Of a stretch of DNA of 64,000 bases, positions 61,543-64,000 are shown one piece after another (position 1 is the stretch's first letter; every line of letters begins with the position of its first letter). The stretch comes from Paraspadella gotoi (lineage: Eukaryota > Animalia > Chaetognatha). A model generated the notes under the pieces. The model did not search any database. It saw nothing but the letters and a program-made list of their open reading frames with translations, and was not told where the DNA came from. The position numbers were made by a program, and so were the translations under genes. The stretch covers positions 1,296,721 through 1,360,720 of the forward strand of contig CM119271.1 of NCBI GenBank assembly GCA_051294375.1. Reading direction: 5' to 3'.

Positions 61543-62166
61543 AAACACGGAGAGCTTGGAGAACAAAAAAATAATATCGCCACGCATTAAAAACCATTCG
61601 ATGACCCAAGTCTTTTTCACGTTTTATTTTGATTTTTTTTATTAAAAAAATTGTTTTAATCGGTTTTTTTGGTTAGATCGTAGCTTATTTATTGTTGCAG
61701 TATATATATATGTATCTCAGCTTGCGGATAATATTTTTTTACACCGAAGTTGGACAGATCTTTTTCACGATGCACGAATGACCTAGATTCAAGTTATAAA
61801 ATATGACGTTTTTATTTCCTGAATCAAATGATATGTTGTTATTTCGGTAGAAAATCATTTTTCGAATGTGTTTTTAATAATAATTTATGTTTAAAAAATA
61901 TCAATTAAGTTAAGCCTTGTAAATTCTAAACCAAAATTTCAAAAACTAAAACTTCCAACGATTTTGTGAATTAGTTAGGTCGTATGGTTATTAACATATT
62001 GAAATTATGTTTTTGATGATTTCATTTTTTTCAATCGCGAATACTATAGTCTGTAGTATTAAGATTAAACTTTTTCCCTAATTTTGTCTCGGAGGGGAAA
62101 ACTAGAGGAAAAATATGACTCGAAGATGAAAATTCGTGGGTCGTCGAAATTTTGTTTTGAAATAAA

Positions 62167-64000
62167 ATGGAAGAAGAGGAATTCGTCGCGGAAACGCAGA
62201 CTTTAGACGAACTGGACGATCCTCTTCCGTCGACGCAAATCCTCCACGACCCGGAAGATCCTCTTTGGCAGACGCAGTCATTACTCGACACGGCGCCCGA
62301 ACCCTGGGCGATTCTTACCTTCGCCGATCTCCGAGCAGCCGCCCGGCCTTATCCGCTCTTTCAGGGCGTTAACGCTGTGGGGCGTGACACTGGCGCCGGC
62401 GTCCAAATCTCCACGGGGGTTTTGTCGAGGCGTCACGCCGTCGTGGAGCTCCACGAACAGGTCTACCTCGTCTATGATGTTGGAAGTCGGAACGGAACGA
62501 AGCGGAACGGGGTGAGACTCGAGCCGGAAGTGCGATACGAACTGAGAGACGGCGACCGAGTCTCTTTCGGCGGTCTGGTCGGGGTCTTTCGCCCCTCGCG
62601 GACGATTCCTCACGATGACGGCGACCAGGACGAAATCTTCGGAGAGATAGAGAGCGACGCAGAATCTACGGCGGAGGCGAGAGTCTTCGACGACGACGAC
62701 GACGACGACGAAGATGGAGACGAGGAGTTTCTGAAATCGACGCAGGATTATGGCGGGACAGGGAGGACAGATCGTGAGGCGGTGACGACCGGTTCTGAGA
62801 TTATCTCGAGTAGTGAGAAATCAAAGGACGATTTATCCTATAACAGCGACCTGGATGCATCATCTCGCAACACCGCGAATATAAAGATAGAAACGGCTGC
62901 CGACGCCTCGAAAATGTTCGAGGACGATGACGAGGAATTTTTAATCCCTACGCAGCTTTATCCTCGCCCAGCTCGGGAGACTGTGGCTGAGACGGCGAAA
63001 GTTCATAGTCATCCATCTCCATCCTCGAATACAGAGAAATCTGTTTTGGAAGATGATGATCTAGAAGAATTAGAGATGGAGACTCAAGCTTATCCCCTAT
63101 GGACAAGTCCCTCTGTGGGTCGGTCCGTTGAAACTGCTGAGAGTCCCTCCGATAAGAATGAAAGATTTGCGGCTGGAAAAGATGAGGGTGAAGAGGATCA
63201 ATCTTTATTAGCTACTCAGGATTATTACTCGAAATCAGCCTTCCGAATTGGCAGATCAGATAAAGAAAATGTTCAACATAACTTTAACTTGGATACTCAA
63301 GCATACACTTCATTATCCCAAGCTCCTAAGAATAATAAAAAAGTCGAGAATAGTCTCGAATTTGATGAAGACGAAAGAATTTTGGAAACTCAAGCTTATT
63401 CAAATACCAGTTTTTCAGGCAATGTTCCCGATAATGACTTACCCGACGAGACGCAATCCTATCTTTCATTTTCCGAACTTGAACCACCTTCGAGTCGACA
63501 GGTAAGAAAACATTTGGATGAAAGTGTAAAGTTGGAGGAGGTCGACCAAAGCTTCTTAGCCACTCAAGCTTATTTTTCTCCTAAAACAACGTCTCACCAC
63601 GAAAACTTAACTGGCGTTAATCATGGGGAATTTGCAATTGCGACTCAAGCTTATCCGTTATCAGATCATCATGTTTCGATCGGACGAGAAACTTTTTTTG
63701 AAAATAAAAACTTGACCGAAACTTTAATGGTGAAAGACGAAAGATTAATGCCGACACAAGATTATTCTTCGCCTGCTGAAAAGAGTTTTCCCAAAAAAGT
63801 TGTTGGTCGCGAGGATTCGGCAGCCCAGACCCAATCATTGTGTAAAAGAAATAACGTAAATTCCTCTATTGAACTCGAGGGAGAAGATAATACTTTGTTA
63901 GAAACCCAAGCTTATTTTGCAGCTCCAATAATAGAAGATCCGGACGACTTGGCGCAACCGTCCTTTGAAAAATCACACTTGAATCAAGACGATAGTTTAG
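62167..64000 (+). CDS. MDC1: MDC1-like FHA-domain DNA-damage mediator (runs off the window; absent from the ORF track)
   Basis: Frame open from ATG 62167 to the window end. N-terminal TQ sites, FHA domain (VGRD...SRRHA...YDVGSRNGT), then an acidic region with 11 TQxY motifs. The BRCT region is not in the window. Confidence 0.75.
   Translation, partial: MEEEEFVAETQTLDELDDPLPSTQILHDPEDPLWQTQSLLDTAPEPWAILTFADLRAAARPYPLFQGVNAVGRDTGAGVQISTGVLSRRHAVVELHEQVYLVYDVGSRNGTKRNGVRLEPEVRYELRDGDRVSFGGLVGVFRPSRTIPHDDGDQDEIFGEIESDAESTAEARVFDDDDDDDEDGDEEFLKSTQDYGGTGRTDREAVTTGSEIISSSEKSKDDLSYNSDLDASSRNTANIKIETAADASKMFEDDDEEFLIPTQLYPRPARETVAETAKVHSHPSPSSNTEKSVLEDDDLEELEMETQAYPLWTSPSVGRSVETAESPSDKNERFAAGKDEGEEDQSLLATQDYYSKSAFRIGRSDKENVQHNFNLDTQAYTSLSQAPKNNKKVENSLEFDEDERILETQAYSNTSFSGNVPDNDLPDETQSYLSFSELEPPSSRQVRKHLDESVKLEEVDQSFLATQAYFSPKTTSHHENLTGVNHGEFAIATQAYPLSDHHVSIGRETFFENKNLTETLMVKDERLMPTQDYSSPAEKSFPKKVVGREDSAAQTQSLCKRNNVNSSIELEGEDNTLLETQAYFAAPIIEDPDDLAQPSFEKSHLNQDDSL

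Overview
Gene-dense eukaryotic (invertebrate metazoan-type) genomic DNA with GC-rich exons, short AT-rich introns and two 10-N gaps. I can reconstruct 14 host genes, all on the + strand: mib1 (5' truncated), intronless LRPPRC, NARS1, a truncated CHMP7 paralogue, CHMP7, a type I transmembrane C-type lectin, an insulin receptor, UBL5, ERK, SLC38A7, KCTD9, CHRAC1, SLC35B2 and an MDC1-like FHA protein (3' truncated). Short spacers and orphan 3' splice sites upstream of many start codons suggest operons resolved by trans-splicing (inference). Introns and spacers carry several mobile elements. (1) A ~1.5-kb Penelope-like inverted repeat with a minimal hammerhead ribozyme in each arm, in a mib1 intron. 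(2) A non-autonomous DIRS-type element with ITRs and an ICR placed unusually in the 5' gag region; it ends 9 nt before an NARS1 exon. (3) Two long-TIR TAG...CTA elements with exact 8-bp TSDs, one nested in the DIRS. (4) Helitron/Helentron-like repeats, a palindromic MITE, tRNA-Gly-derived SINE-like heads and an RLE-type non-LTR fragment. Everything was read by eye; no database searches were run.
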